A stretch of DNA of 64,000 nt, taken from NCBI RefSeq assembly GCF_006345805.1, contig NC_043019.1, positions 29,015,360-29,079,359 on the forward strand, in the 5' to 3' direction. Positions 12,030-25,191 of the stretch are shown piece after piece (position 1 is the stretch's first letter; every line of letters begins with the position of its first letter). This DNA comes from Octopus sinensis. Lineage: Eukaryota. The notes below the pieces were generated by a model. It was not told the DNA's origin. It was given only the letters and a program-made list of their open reading frames with translations, and did no database searches. The position numbers were made by a program, and so were the translations under genes.

Positions 12030-12255
12030 AGTTGGGTAAAGTTAATACAAAGTGATACAACCGGAATGATTCTATAGAATAGGTAGACCAAGAACTACCT
12101 ATGGGAAGAAGTGGTGTAAAATTATCTCAGAATGCAGAATGTCACAAAAGATATGACAAAGGACTGCAACAAATAACGGGATGCCCCGATAGGAAGGATG
12201 GATTTCTAACCCATGCAAGTGGGGAGCAGGGGACTAGACATGACGATGATAATGA
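12030..12255 (+). mobile_element. Decayed RTE LINE 3' end
   Basis: GRPR..WEEVV..MTKD-like C terminus followed by ctaacccatgcaag..gacatgacgatgat. Confidence 0.5.
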
Positions 12256-13458
12256 TTACACACACACACAAACACACACGCACACACACACACACACAGC
12301 AATTAGCTTTATCATAAATGGTTTATGTGAGCATGTGTTTGTGTGTATCTGTGTATATATTAAAACTTTTTCCTTGCTTCTAGACACTTTCTTGGAGTTA
12401 TTAAAAGGAAATTAGAAAATGACATGAAATTTAATATAGGATTGTCATCATCATCATCACCACCATCATCATCATTAGCCCTGTTTTAGTAGTTGCAGTA
12501 ATGATGCTGGTTGTTGTTGTTATTGTTATTTACTCATTATTATTATATTATTATTATTATTATTATTACTGTTATTAGTGAGACAACATTGACAGATTTA
12601 TTCCTGACATTCTTAATTGGAAAAGGGGAAAGAGAAAGAAAGCTTATTCCTTAACAGAACAAAATAAGCTTTTGTGTGTGTGGTGTGTGCATGCATGTTC
12701 ATATGTGCATGCATACATGTGCATAAGCTTGCAAATGCATTTCTATACACACACACACACACATGCATACACTTGCACTAATAATATGTATACGTTGTAT
12801 ATATAATAAACAAACACACAAACCTGTTCCTGGAAGGGACTATTACCTGAGTGAAATATGAGAAATTCATTTTCCTTTCTGGAGGGAAAAAACTAATGGT
12901 GGCAGTAGAAATAGGAACAAAAACTATGTAAGCATGATATGATTTTGTGTGTGTGTGTGTATGTGTGCAAGAGAGAGAGAGTGTTTGTGTAAGCATGTGT
13001 TTTCATGAATTTGTTAGAGAGCGTTTTATGATTTGGTAGAGTATGGATATATGTGTGTGACTGAATGTTGTAATCGTTGCTTAGCTCCAAGGTCAAGCCT
13101 GATTGAGCAAAGGTATAATTAAAAGCATTCCAGACGTGACCATCCCATTTTTTCCCATGTTTAAGGAAATAAGGAACACATTAGCCCGTGTGGGTTTTTT
13201 TTAAGACGGTAGGGTATGATTCGAGGGAGATTTTGCTGCTATTTTTAGCAGTCTCAGTGACCATGTAAAAGTTCCCTTGTTGGCGTGTGGTTGCATGTAT
13301 GTGTGTGTGTGTGTGTGTGTGTGTATATGCAGTGATTTGTGACTGTGTATAACTATAAGTACATGTGTGACTATATGTGTACGTCTGTGTGTGTAAATGT
13401 TGATAGTGTGTATGAGTGCAATTGTTTATCTGTGTGATTTTGTATGCCTCTGTGATTG

Positions 13459-13504
<46 letters not shown>

Positions 13505-14086
13505 TATGCATGTGTCTAGTTGTATAAAACGCATGTACATATTAAAAGTGTGTACATATAGGTTTGTATCCATGTGTAATTATGTATGCTGTGCATTTGT
13601 GTGTATGTATATGTATCTTTAGAATTAGCATCCATGATGTAATAACACAACTGAATGTATTGTAAAGGATCAATGGTTTGAAGACAAGCTGCTACTACCG
13701 CCGCCACTACTACTACCACCACCATTAACATCACAAATACAGAGAAAGAAAGAACACAGTTTCATAATTAGACATGTTTCGAACGCCACCCCTTCCCCCC
13801 CATTCCTTCCAAGTTGCCTGGCAGAAATATTTAATTTAAACAACAAGAAAAATATTAAAACAACATTGAAGGCACCCCCCCCCCCCAAAAAAAGCAGTTG
13901 TGTGTGAGAAATAATAATTTATTTTTGAAAAAATTATTATTATTATTATTATTATTATTAGCATTATTTCGACATGCTACTGGGTGGTGGTATTAATAGT
14001 TTGCTATTTTCATTCATGTGTAGTGAACTTAATTCAGAGATAATACTTTGTTTTATATCCACATACCTCTCTCTCTTACACACACA

Positions 14087-14283
14087 CAGTATTTCCCAGC
14101 ATACACATCAAATTTTTCAGACCAAAATTTACAGCCAAAAAAAAGTAAAGTCAACTTATACACTAAGACGATTTTGGAGGACCAAAGATACCATGTGACA
14201 TGTAGCAGGATTTGGAAAGAGAGTGATGATGTTTGGATTTTTACACTATATACCATGTTGACTTGTATGTCATAAAATACTGT
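14087..14283. mobile_element. TcMar (Tc2-like) MITE; relatives near 14428-14590, 15180-15312 and 19250-19430
   Basis: Ends cagtattt / aaatactg-ta; shared body tttggaggaccaa..ccatgtga.atg.agcagg. Confidence 0.55.
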
Positions 14284-14384
14284 ATGTATGCATGTGCTAA
14301 CAAAAGACCCCCCCTCACCTGCCCACAATATCACTAGACCTGTTAGAAACAGCAGCTAAATTTCTTTCAAATTGCACCCTTCTG

Positions 14385-14426
<42 letters not shown>

Positions 14427-14643
14427 GATATTTTCTGGCATACAAGTTGAATTTTTCAAACCAAAATTTACAGTCAAATAAAGTAATCAACTTATACACC
14501 AAGACAACTTTGGAGAACCAAAAGTTCCATGTGAAATGCAGCAGGATTTGGAGAGACAGTCATGATGCTTGACTGTTTACATTATGCACTAGCATCAACA
14601 TGTAGGTTTCAGTGATAAATATTCCAGTTTTTTTACTTAATTG

Positions 14644-14805
14644 TATTCTGTTGTGTCTGGGGAGAGTCATTTTCTTTTTGTGCCTTATAATGTAACACAC
14701 TCACTGGTAAAATTTCCACTTTTTCTTATTTTTATTTTCCTAAAATTTTCGTTGCATCTGGCAACCTTTTCAATAGTCTTGACTCTCCCCAGACACAACA
14801 GAATA
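14644..14805. repeat. Perfect 26-bp inverted repeat enclosing a hammerhead-like motif
   Basis: tattctgttgtgtctggggagagtca (14644-14669) / tgactctccccagacacaacagaata (14780-14805). Confidence 0.9.
14740..14776 (-). ncRNA. Minimal hammerhead fold, U3-A8 core variant
   Basis: Minus: CTA-TTGAAAA-G-GTTGC-CAGAT-GCAAC-GAA-AATT-T-TAG; same architecture as the 44.2 kb and 58.07 kb motifs. Confidence 0.5.
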
Positions 14806-14890
14806 TGCTTCAACACATGAACTCATATAAAGAATCTTGCAAACCAAATCCCAAAACGAAATACTTAATTGTAGTATTACAGTCTAAGAA

Positions 14891-15096
14891 CAGTAATCCC
14901 TCGCCATATTGCAGTTCACCTTTTGCACGCTCAGTACATCACAGATTTTTCTGACTAATATATGTAAATTTATATTGTGGATTCCTCAGTATATCATGGT
15001 TTTCTGTGGCCAATAGTTATTTATATTTTCTTAGATTTTAATTATTTCTGTGGGAGGTTTTGGAACGTAACACCCATGATAGTCGAGAGATTACTG
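14891..15096. mobile_element. Tigger/pogo-like MITE
   Basis: TIR cagtaatccctcg / cgagagattactg followed by TA. Confidence 0.6.
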
Positions 15097-15740
15097 TATA
15101 TTTCACAGACTCTTGCCCATTTAAGGTAAACCTCAGGCAGAATCAGCATGATATAAGTGTGCATATGACAACATTAGCCTTTTGCATTACTGCTACATTT
15201 CACATGGAATTTTATTGGTCCTCCAAAGTCGTGTTGCTATATATGTTAATGTTTTTTTGGCGCTGTAAACTTTGATCTGGAAATCCAGCTTACATGCTAG
15301 AAAATACAGTATGTATATATCTAACCTCACTTTCTCTCTATATATATACACAGAAAGGCATCACTGTGTGGTTAAGAATAAAATACTTTTAGTATTTTCA
15401 AGTCTAGAATTTATTATAACAGTCTCTTTTGCCAAACGTCTATTGTACAGGGATGTAAACAAACCAACACCAGTTATCACGCGATGATGGGAAGAGAGAA
15501 ACAAAACATAAACACAAAGACAGAATAGAACTGTGAAAAATTATCAAAACATTGGAAGCCTTTCATGAAAGGTGCCTGAAGAGAACTTTGCAAATTTTGT
15601 ACTATGACCATATCAAGCAATAAAAATAAATTTTAAGAACTTTGTTGCAAAGACTTCAAGACTTGGTATAAGAACAAAGAATGCAGTTGTTGGTTGGTCA
15701 CATCCTGCAGCAGCCAAATTATTGGTATGTAAGAATAGCT

Positions 15741-15969
15741 TTAACCCTTTCGTTACCAACCCGGCTGAAACCAGCTCTGACTCTGAGTACAAATGTTTTG
15801 TTTTCATAAGTTCTGAATTAAAATCTTCTACCAAACCTTAGTCACAATTTATGTTCCTAACACTAGCTGAATGGTAACTAAGTTATTTTACTAAATTCTT
15901 TGTTATATTTAAAATTAATTGAAAGAAACACAGAACATCTCAAAATAAATACAGTAACGAAAGGGTTAA
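15741..15969 (+). mobile_element. piggyBac-type MITE family D, monomer
   Basis: TTAA-ccctttcgttac ... gtaacgaaaggg-TTAA; another monomer near 38652-38872, diverged copy near 33502-33699. Confidence 0.88.
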
Positions 15970-16604
15970 AGATGGACAACGACAAGAGAAAGAAGACTGT
16001 GCAAACCACATGGTATTGAAACCTTTTAGGAAGACTTGAAGGTTGTCAGCAGAGGGGGAAGCATAGAATATGGAACCAACTGAGAACAGGTGGAGGGGAA
16101 TTGGTGGTTGATGCATTAACATATGTCGGTGGAGTGCTCAGTCACTTGAACGTTAATTTCACGAGTAGGCTGTTCCGTTGATCGGATCAACTGGAAACCT
16201 CATTGTCATAACTGACAGAGTGCCAACCAGTTCGTGTGTAGGATGGACTGGTTGAATTAACTGATGGATCAGGGCTGACCTAGGGCTAAAGAAGAAGGAG
16301 GAGGAGGAGGGTGTGAAGGATGATGAAGAAGAAAAGCAACAACAAAACATACACGAATAGTTTAGAATGCTATTAAGTTGTTTTACCCAGAAATAGAATA
16401 TACAAAACATCCTGTTGTACAAATATGTGTAAAAGGAACCAAGTAAAGAAAAAAATAATAAAGAAAACGACAAAAAAAATCAATCAACTAATCAATCCAT
16501 CAACATAACACTTTATTAGCTACTTATTACTTCCCATTAATACTAATTGCAGAATAAAATGAACTCTATGTAGTTACCGTCATTCATCTTTCTCTCTCTT
16601 TCTC

Positions 16605-16944
16605 TCATGTATGTATGTGTGTATATATACACATACATACATATATATATATACACATATATATACACACATATATATATATATACATATATATACACAC
16701 ACACACATATATATATATACATATATATATATACACACATATATACACATACATACATACATATATATACACATATACATACATATATATACACACACAT
16801 ATATATACACATACATACATATATATATACACACATATACATACATATATATACACACACATTTATATACACATACATACATATACACACACGTATATAT
16901 ACACATACATACATATATATAGACACACATATATATACACATAC

Positions 16945-16981
<37 letters not shown>

Positions 16982-17583
16982 AAAGTTGCTGATTCATTTG
17001 AAATTCAAATTACTCTTTGAAGTAATCAAGCTATATACATGGATGCATGTCCCTTATTATTCTTTACCTGTCTCTCTTGCGTGGTTGTGTGTGTATGTGT
17101 GTGTATGTGGAAGCAGGGGCTGTATGCGAACGAGTGAAAAGAAATAATACACTACATCAAATAAAAGGTAAAAAGCAAAAGTAAAAGCAAATACAGGTGT
17201 TTGCTGTGAGAGAGCATGCGTTTGTATGCAGGTGTATTTTTCATTCCTTTCTCTTTACCTGTACGTCTCTTTCTATTACTATTTCGCTCTTCTCTCTCTC
17301 TCTCTCTCTATGTATCTCTCATCCTATGATCTGAGTGTGCAAAATTGTGTAATACTAACTAACCCGAGATGTTAAAGGAAAAGATAGCACAAAAAAAGGG
17401 GGGGGGAATGGCTATATATACAGATAAGCATATCTTTTCATCTCTACCTTTCTCTCTCTCTTTGCCTATTTATCTATCAATCACTGATATGAGTGTGTGT
17501 GCATGTGTATATGTATGCTGTACATGTGTGTATATATATATATGTATGTGGTGTGTATATATGTATATATATATATATGCATG

Positions 17584-17641
<58 letters not shown>

Positions 17642-18380
17642 TGTTATAATATGTATGTATGTATATATATATGTATGTAAGTATATATATATATGTACAT
17701 ATATATATATATGTATGTAAGTATATATATATATGTATGTATACACACACATTTGTGTTTGTATATATAAATGATGATATATATACGTATATACATGTTT
17801 ATATACATATATATATGTGGGCATATATATATATATATATATACGTGCATATATATGTGTGTGTGTATATACATATATATGTATGTATATATGTGTATAT
17901 ATATATGCATATGTATGTGTGTGTATACATGTATTTATATGTGTGTGTATGCGTGTGTGTTGTGTGTATGTCAATATTATTTGTGTTTGAATGAGTAATA
18001 ATTATACAATATAAGAAATAAGAAAGACAGAGAAAGCAATGGCGTGGGGGGGGGGGAGAAGCAAACAGGCCCTACACACACACACATGCCAACATGTGTA
18101 GATGGGCAACAAATGGTAATGAATACAGCTATTAATGTAAAAATAATACATACACACACACACATATGTATATATATGTGTATATATATATATATATGTG
18201 TATATATATATATATGTGTGTATATATATATATGTGTATATATATATGTGTATATATAATATGTGTGTATATATATATGTGTATATATGTGTATATATAT
18301 ATGTGTATATATGGTATATATATATATATATATATATATAGTGTATATATGTATATTATATATATATATATATGTGTGTA

Positions 18381-18413
<33 letters not shown>

Positions 18414-18437
18414 GTGTATATATGTGTATATATATAT

Positions 18438-18522
<85 letters not shown>

Positions 18523-18585
18523 TATATATGTATATATATATATATATATAGATATATGTATATGTATATGGTATATTATATATAC
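16605..18585. repeat. Three long TA/CA/TG microsatellite blocks
   Basis: About 16605-16980, 17490-17970 and 18150-18585. Confidence 0.9.
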
Positions 18586-19584
18586 ATCAGAAAAAAAGGA
18601 AGAGAGAGAAAATATGCCACTTATTATCGAGTGCAGCATTTAATTTAGCTGTGAGCAAGCAATGCTTTATTACATATGGAGATTTAATCAGAAAGTATAA
18701 AATAAAAGATAATAATAATAATAATAATAATAGGAAGGTCATAAAAATAAAAATAAAATCACATTAGAAAATAAACAACAAGCCCCCTTTCCACCCCCTT
18801 AACAGAAAGCAAAATTAAAGAAAAAAAAAAGGACAGAAAATGAAGTGAATCATGTTAATAGCTTTCAGGAGTTTTGAAATGGATATAGAAAGCTGGGGAA
18901 AGAGAGGGGTGGGTGGAGGGAGAAGGAGTTATAGAGTATGGAACTCCTGTAGTTTAATAATATTCATTAAGCAATTAAGTTGTTGTCGTTTAGCCCCTGG
19001 TCTTACTTGCTTCAACAGGCCTTGCTACGAACTAAAAACTTTTCTGGCTTTTCTGTACTTGTATATCATAACTTTTCTTATTTATGATGAGAGGGTGAAA
19101 CTCTTGAGGAAGAGTTAGCTGCTATTTTTAGCAGACTGAGCAGCCTTGGAGATTGATCTTCCTTGTGCGTTGTAGTTTAGTACTAGATCAACCCTGTTTG
19201 AACAGGACCCTGATAAAAAGACATTCCTACTGTTAGCATCTTGTCTTTCTACACACCATATTTTCCAATATACAAGTTGATGTAGTATATAGTGTAAACA
19301 TTGCCACTATCTTGCCAAATCCTGCTGCATTTCACATGAAATTTTATTGGTCCTTCAAAATTGCCCTGGTGTATGAATTGACCTATCTGTTTTGGCTGTT
19401 TGAAAACTTTGTATGCAGGAAAACATGGTACTTAATTTTAAGTCTACTAATCTAGGTAGTTAGAATTTGAAATCTGCAGGTGATTTTCTTTCTTTTTTGT
19501 TTGTATTAGCTATATGATAATATAGATTTTTGATGCCACACTTAAAAATCTAACCAGGGCTGCTTGATGAGCACTGCATGCTTC

Positions 19585-20450
19585 TTAACCCTTTCGTTAC
19601 CAACCTGGCTGAAACCGACTCTGGCTCTGTAGTACAAATGTCTTGTTTTCATAAGTTTGAATCAAAATCTTCCACCAAAACCTTAGTTACAATTTATGTT
19701 CCTAACACTAGCTTAATAATAACTAAATTATTTTACTAAATTCTTTGTTATCTTTTAAAATTAATTGAAAGAAACAAAGAGCATCTCAACAGAAATATGG
19801 TAACAAAAGAGTTAAAATATATACTCTTACTCTCTTTTACTCTTTTACTTGTTTCAGTCATTTGACTGTGGCCATGCTGGAGCACCACCTTTAGTCGAGC
19901 AAATCAACCCCGGGACTTATTCTATCGGTCTCTTTGGCCGAACCGCTAAGTGACGGGGACGTAAACACACTAGCATCGGTTGTCAAGCAATGCTAGGGGG
20001 ACAAACACAAACACACATATATATATACATATATACGACAGGCTTCTTTCAGTTTCCGTCTACCAAATCCACTCACAAGGCATTGGTCGGCCCGGGGCTA
20101 TAGCAGAAGACACTTGCCCAAGATGCCACGCAGTGGGACTGAACCCGAAACCATGTGGTTGGTTAGCAAGCTACTTACCACACAGCCACTCCTGTGCCTA
20201 TATAATAGACAAACAATTCTTAACCCTTTCGTTACCAACCCACCTGAAACCAGTTCTGGCTCTGTTGTACAAATGTCTTGTTTTCATAAGTTTTGAATTA
20301 AAATCTCCCATCAAACCCTAGTCACAATTCATGTTTCTAACACTAGCTTAATGATAACTAAGTTATTTTACTAAATTCTTTGTAATATTTAATGTAATTG
20401 AAAGAAACACACAGAGCATCTCAAAATAGATACAGTAACGAAAGGGTTAA
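19585..20450 (+). mobile_element. Family D dimer with a SINE B (19824-20198, minus) in the spacer
   Basis: Two TTAA-bounded units; SINE flanked by TATATA at 19818-19823 and 20199-20204. Confidence 0.88.
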
Positions 20451-20704
20451 AGATGGTAAAGTTTCTTTATAATTATTCTGTTCATGTTGTCGCATCATAA
20501 CATGGTTTGTCCGTAATTTGTTTGCAAATCTAATAATATACACTTACTCAGAAACAAAAACTAAAACAGACTGAAGTTGTATTATCTATCAAAACAGCCT
20601 AAAGTTTGTATTCTTAGATGAAAACCTCTTCTTGATGGGCAGGTGTAGCAACAGTAGCACATCCTATGACCACAACCACCACATGTCAATCACAAGAGTG
20701 TATA

Positions 20705-20853
20705 TGAGGTATGGGCAACCTTTGTTTTGAGAAGTGGGTCACATGAGACATGACTAATCATCAGGTGGGCTGCACTACTAAAAGAGTTCAAGGCAATTTT
20801 TTGTATGGTGTGCCATTCAGAAATTCTTGTGGGATACAGGTTGCCCATGGCTG
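20705..20853. mobile_element. Decayed hAT-type MITE
   Basis: atgggcaacct ... aggttgcccatggctg inverted ends. Confidence 0.5.
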
Positions 20854-21059
20854 GGTGTAAATTGTGGCTATACTTTTGATAGTTAATTATGTTTTTGCCT
20901 GTAGCATCATGTTATAATTTAGGTATAGTCAGATTAAAGTTGGGTTGAAGTCGTATTATGTACTACAAAAATAGCTGAATGTTTGTGTGTCGATATAATG
21001 TGTTGTATATTCTGCATAGTAGCAGTGCCAAGGTACCATCACTATACACTAGTGAATTT

Positions 21060-21112
<53 letters not shown>

Positions 21113-21133
21113 AGCAACAAGAATGATTCCGGT

Positions 21134-21225
21134 AATTTAGTACGATTGTTTCATACTACAACATTTTATTAAAAGCTGTAAATATTACAGCAGATTTAAG
21201 ATGCTGAGTACTCTTCAGCTAATTT
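21134..21225 (-). ncRNA. Type I hammerhead ribozyme fold with long stem II, in a Penelope-like repeat
   Basis: Minus: AAATTAG-CTGAAGA-GTACT..AGTAT-GAAAC-AATC-GTA-CTAAATT; stem I TTAG/CTAA; internal hairpin GCTGTAA-TAT-TTACAGC. Confidence 0.7.
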
Positions 21226-21648
21226 ATATAGGTTTACCAATAATATAAAAGTTTTCAGATCAAGTAATAACATTTTAGGGAAGGTAAATATACAGATAAA
21301 GATGTAGATATAAATTTTAGGAACATTTGAGGTTGTGTGGTTCAGATGCTAACTGACCAAAACTCTGCTTGTAACTGACTGCTATAAGAAATTTATATAT
21401 ATATATATATATATGATATATATATATATATATATCATCATCATCATCATTGTTGTTTAACTCCGCTTCCCATGCTGGTATGGGTTGGACAGTTTGACTG
21501 AGGATTGGCGAGCCAGAAGGCTGCATCAGGCTCCAATCTGATCTGGTAAAGTTTCTATGGTTGGATGCCCTTCCTAACGCCAACCACTCTGAGAGTGTGT
21601 GTGTGTATGTATATATATATACATATATATATATGAAGTATATACTGA

Positions 21649-21925
21649 AGGCACATGGTCTAGTGGTTAGGGTGTTGCATTCATGATCACAAGATTGTGG
21701 TTTCAATTCATTGTGTTCTTGAGCAAAGCACTTCATTTCATGTTGCACCAGTCTACTCTACTGTAAATAGGTAACCCTATGATGAGCTAGCATCACATTC
21801 AGAGGGAATGTTGGTCTGCCCATCTAGACAGTAGGGTGGTAACATTTAACAGCTACAACAATGCAAGGAAGCACATTGTGACTAGCAGTGTATAACAACA
21901 TCTGATAGTCTAGCTGATACAGTGA
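21649..21925 (+). mobile_element. Older tRNA-derived SINE
   Basis: ggcacatggtctagtggttagggtg head, ttgtgttcttgagcaaagcactt CORE-like segment; related head inverted near 1700-1795. Confidence 0.6.
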
Positions 21926-21998
21926 TATATAAAATATAGCTATAGTTATTTCAGTGTCATAAAAAACAAAAAACAAAATGAAATGAATAAGAACTCAC

Positions 21999-22046
21999 CT
22001 TTGTGAGGGTCACTTTATGGGTCTCCCACGTAATATTATCCCCAGT
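21999..22046 (-). CDS. TJP1: Internal coding exon of a ZO-1/Polychaetoid (tight-junction MAGUK) homologue, start of PDZ1
   Basis: Minus strand reads atttcatttatttcag|ACTGGGGATAATATTACGTGGGAGACCCATAAAGTGACCCTCACAAAG|gtgagt: strong acceptor and donor, 48 nt, phase 0/0. Peptide TGDNITWETHKVTLTK resembles human ZO-1 IWEQHTVTLHR and fly Pyd TWEYHTVAVTR (recalled from memory). I did not find the next exon (GFGIA..GG) in the window. Confidence 0.8.
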
Positions 22047-22674
22047 CTGAAATAAATGAAATATTAAATTGAAGTTAAAAGGTTAACTGAAAAAACCCAT
22101 GATACATTAAAAATAAATCTACAGAGAAAATATTGGAATATAGACAAACACATTATATTCTTGTTTAACCAATACCTGGCCTTTCTTGAATTAAAAAAAA
22201 AAATACTGACAATAAATGGCACCATATGAATTCACTATATTTGGAATAAATCATTTAAAAAGATGTTAATAATTTTCAGCTCACACACAAGATAATGCTT
22301 GATTATCTTGAAATAGTGTGAATAAATAAGTATTACACTCGACAAGAGTAATATGAATGCTAAAGAGTCAAATGAAATTCATAACAAATAATACATGTTC
22401 CAAGGCATCCAAACATTTTATGCTTATATTCTTCACATGAAGTATACCAGCACAGCCAGACATGAAGAAGGAGTACACCAGAAGTAGAAGCTTGAGAACC
22501 TCTGTTCTCGCATATAGTTAATTACATGAACCCTAATATTTGTTGTTGGTTAACCCCAGGTCAATTCCGATTGAGCAGACCTATGATCAAATGATATTCT
22601 AGCCATGATCATACCATTTTTTTTATTCAAATGTAATGCACTGGATGTCTCCTACTGAAGACAGAAAGCTGTAA

Positions 22675-22905
22675 GGCGGCGAGCTGGCAGAAACGTTAGC
22701 ATGCTGGGCGAAATGCGTAGCCGTATTTCGTCCGCCGTTACGTTCAGAGTTCAAATTCTGCCGAGGTCAACTTTGCCTTTCATCCTTTTGGGGTCGATAA
22801 ATTAAGTACCAGTTATGCACTGGGGTCAAGACAATCGACTTAATCCGTTTGTCTGTCCTTGTTTGTCCCCTCTGTGTGTAGCCCCTTATGGGCAGTAAAG
22901 TAATA
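22675..22905 (+). mobile_element. SINE family A
   Basis: Full-length match to the other A copies. Confidence 0.85.
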
Positions 22906-23598
22906 AGAAAGATGTAAATTGAATATTTAGCTGCTATTTCAAACATGACAAACAAATGATATTTATTTTTTTATATCAAATTCAGGATGATGAAAGGGAA
23001 AGGGAACTAGGGTTGGGTTTGATCTCAGACATAAAGGAATGTAACCAAATACCACAAAATACTCTGACTCTCTACCAAATCTACCATCCACCCACTATGT
23101 TATCTTTCCAACATGTTTAGTGATAAAATACCTTAAAACTTTTCAACACCAGCCCAACTTACTAAAGACTTCATATTTTAATTAAAATCTCAATTAAAAT
23201 CTTATCACAACATAAACAATATCATGAGATTTCTAATGGTCGACACCAACAAATATACACATAACACATAAAACAATATAAAATGTTACAGATATTTTAT
23301 TAAATTCCTCTAAAGTCTTGATTATAATGAAAATTAATTGAAATACTTAGGCAGTCTACTCATTAGTGATATAGTCACGACAATATTACATTTATATTTT
23401 TTCAATATGTCAGGTTTATTCAGAATAATACATAATACATCATGGAAAAGCCACTCATAAAGTAAATATAAAATGAAAACAGAAGAAATTTTGTGTGTTT
23501 TTAGAGAACTCAATTGACTCCTCCACAATGTAAATGTTTCAGTTTCAAAATACAGTCTCAGATCAAAGACATGAGTCATACATGTATGACCCTAATAT

Positions 23599-23830
23599 AT
23601 ATTTCTTTACTACCCACAATAGGCTAAACACAGAGGGGATAAATAAGGACAGACAAAGGGATTAAGTCGATTACATCGACCCCAGTGCGTAACTGGTACT
23701 TAATTTATCAAACCCGAAAGGATGAAAGGCAAAGTTGACCTCGGCGGAATTTGAACTCGGAACGTAACGACAGACGAAATACGGCTACGCATTTCGCCCG
23801 GCATGCTAACATTTCTGCCAGCTCGCTGCT
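23599..23830 (-). mobile_element. SINE family A
   Basis: Full-length reverse complement of A. Confidence 0.85.
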
Positions 23831-25191
23831 AATATAGTTAAGCTAGTCTCAACATATTTAATGTAGTGAACATGAAAAATATAGTCAGAAATACTTAAAT
23901 GGTCAGGAAAAAGACATTGTTAGACTTAATGGATGGTATTTTACAAAAATTATTTCTGCAAGTAGGGGAAGCAATTCCAAGCATGTACAATAATGTACAT
24001 GAATAGGCATCTTAAAAAGACAAATTGCCAAAAGTAATTTACTCTGAGATGACATACACAAGTAAATATGGTGTTAGCATGTTTAATGCAGGCATGGGGG
24101 GGGGGGGTGCATAAAAACTTACTTACTAAGTAGTTTAATTTAACAATTAACTATGAATGTCCAAAATATCTTTCAAGAAATGAATCTCAACATGTTAGCC
24201 ACCACATGTGCCACTGGTAGCTCATCCCAAACTTCCCACAATGACCATATGCACAATAGGTGATACATTTTCATAATTTGAGAAAATATTTTATTCTGTA
24301 CCTTTGACAAGGTTTCGAAGATATCTAAGTAATGTGAGTGCCTAATATTAAAGCTTAATTATGAAATACTGTAAAAATGCAAAAATATTCCATTTCCTTG
24401 TAATCAAAGAACATGCAATGTGACCAGAAATATGCAGCTCATTGGTAAGTTCCAGTAACAGGCCATGACATGTTAATGCTCTTCCAGGTACTAACCCTTT
24501 TGTGGGCATATTTCTTATGAAATATGGTTCCTCTTTGGTTTCGATTAATTTTAAGAACAACGAATAATTTTCAAGGATTTTGTAAGACAACATATTTCAT
24601 CATTAAGCTAATGTTTCTTTTGGAGGGAGAGTAGAAGAAGGACATCTTACTGAAAGGTTTTCAGCTAAATTTATGATGGGAAGTTCTACTTTAAATATGA
24701 TCACTTTAAAGTGGACAGTTTAGAAGCAAAGGCAGTCTCAGGTTGATAACAAAATAAGTTAATTTGATTGGTCGGTGAACTTTCGAAAGTTGAAATCTCA
24801 TTAGTCTCTCTCTTCAGACCCAGCAAACTTGATTAAAGTCAAGGTGCCTGATTACATTAAACCGGACCACATTAACCTTTCTGTCACTATATGGTGAAAG
24901 AAACATTCAATTAATTTTGAAAATAATGAAGAATTTGGAGGGATTTAATAAAATAACTAACTCTGTCGTTATCAATCTGGTGTTTGGAATATAATGAAGT
25001 GTTCTTCAACTAAAACTAATTTTCTTGAGGTTATTCTTTCTCATCACTCTCATTTTATATCCAATTCATAACCTGGTCCAACAGTTTAATACCTCTGTAG
25101 TTTCTCCCTCTAAGATGTCTTCTTTACTCTTATAGCTGTTGGCTACGTTAGATCATTAGGATGACACCCCACTGTACTACTCACCTATTTA

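Noticed and set aside
16543-18648. Many overlapping YI/CV/HT ORFs (also 29.9-30.9, 40.8-41.2 and 59.7-60.2 kb)
   Set aside because: Translations of dinucleotide microsatellites.
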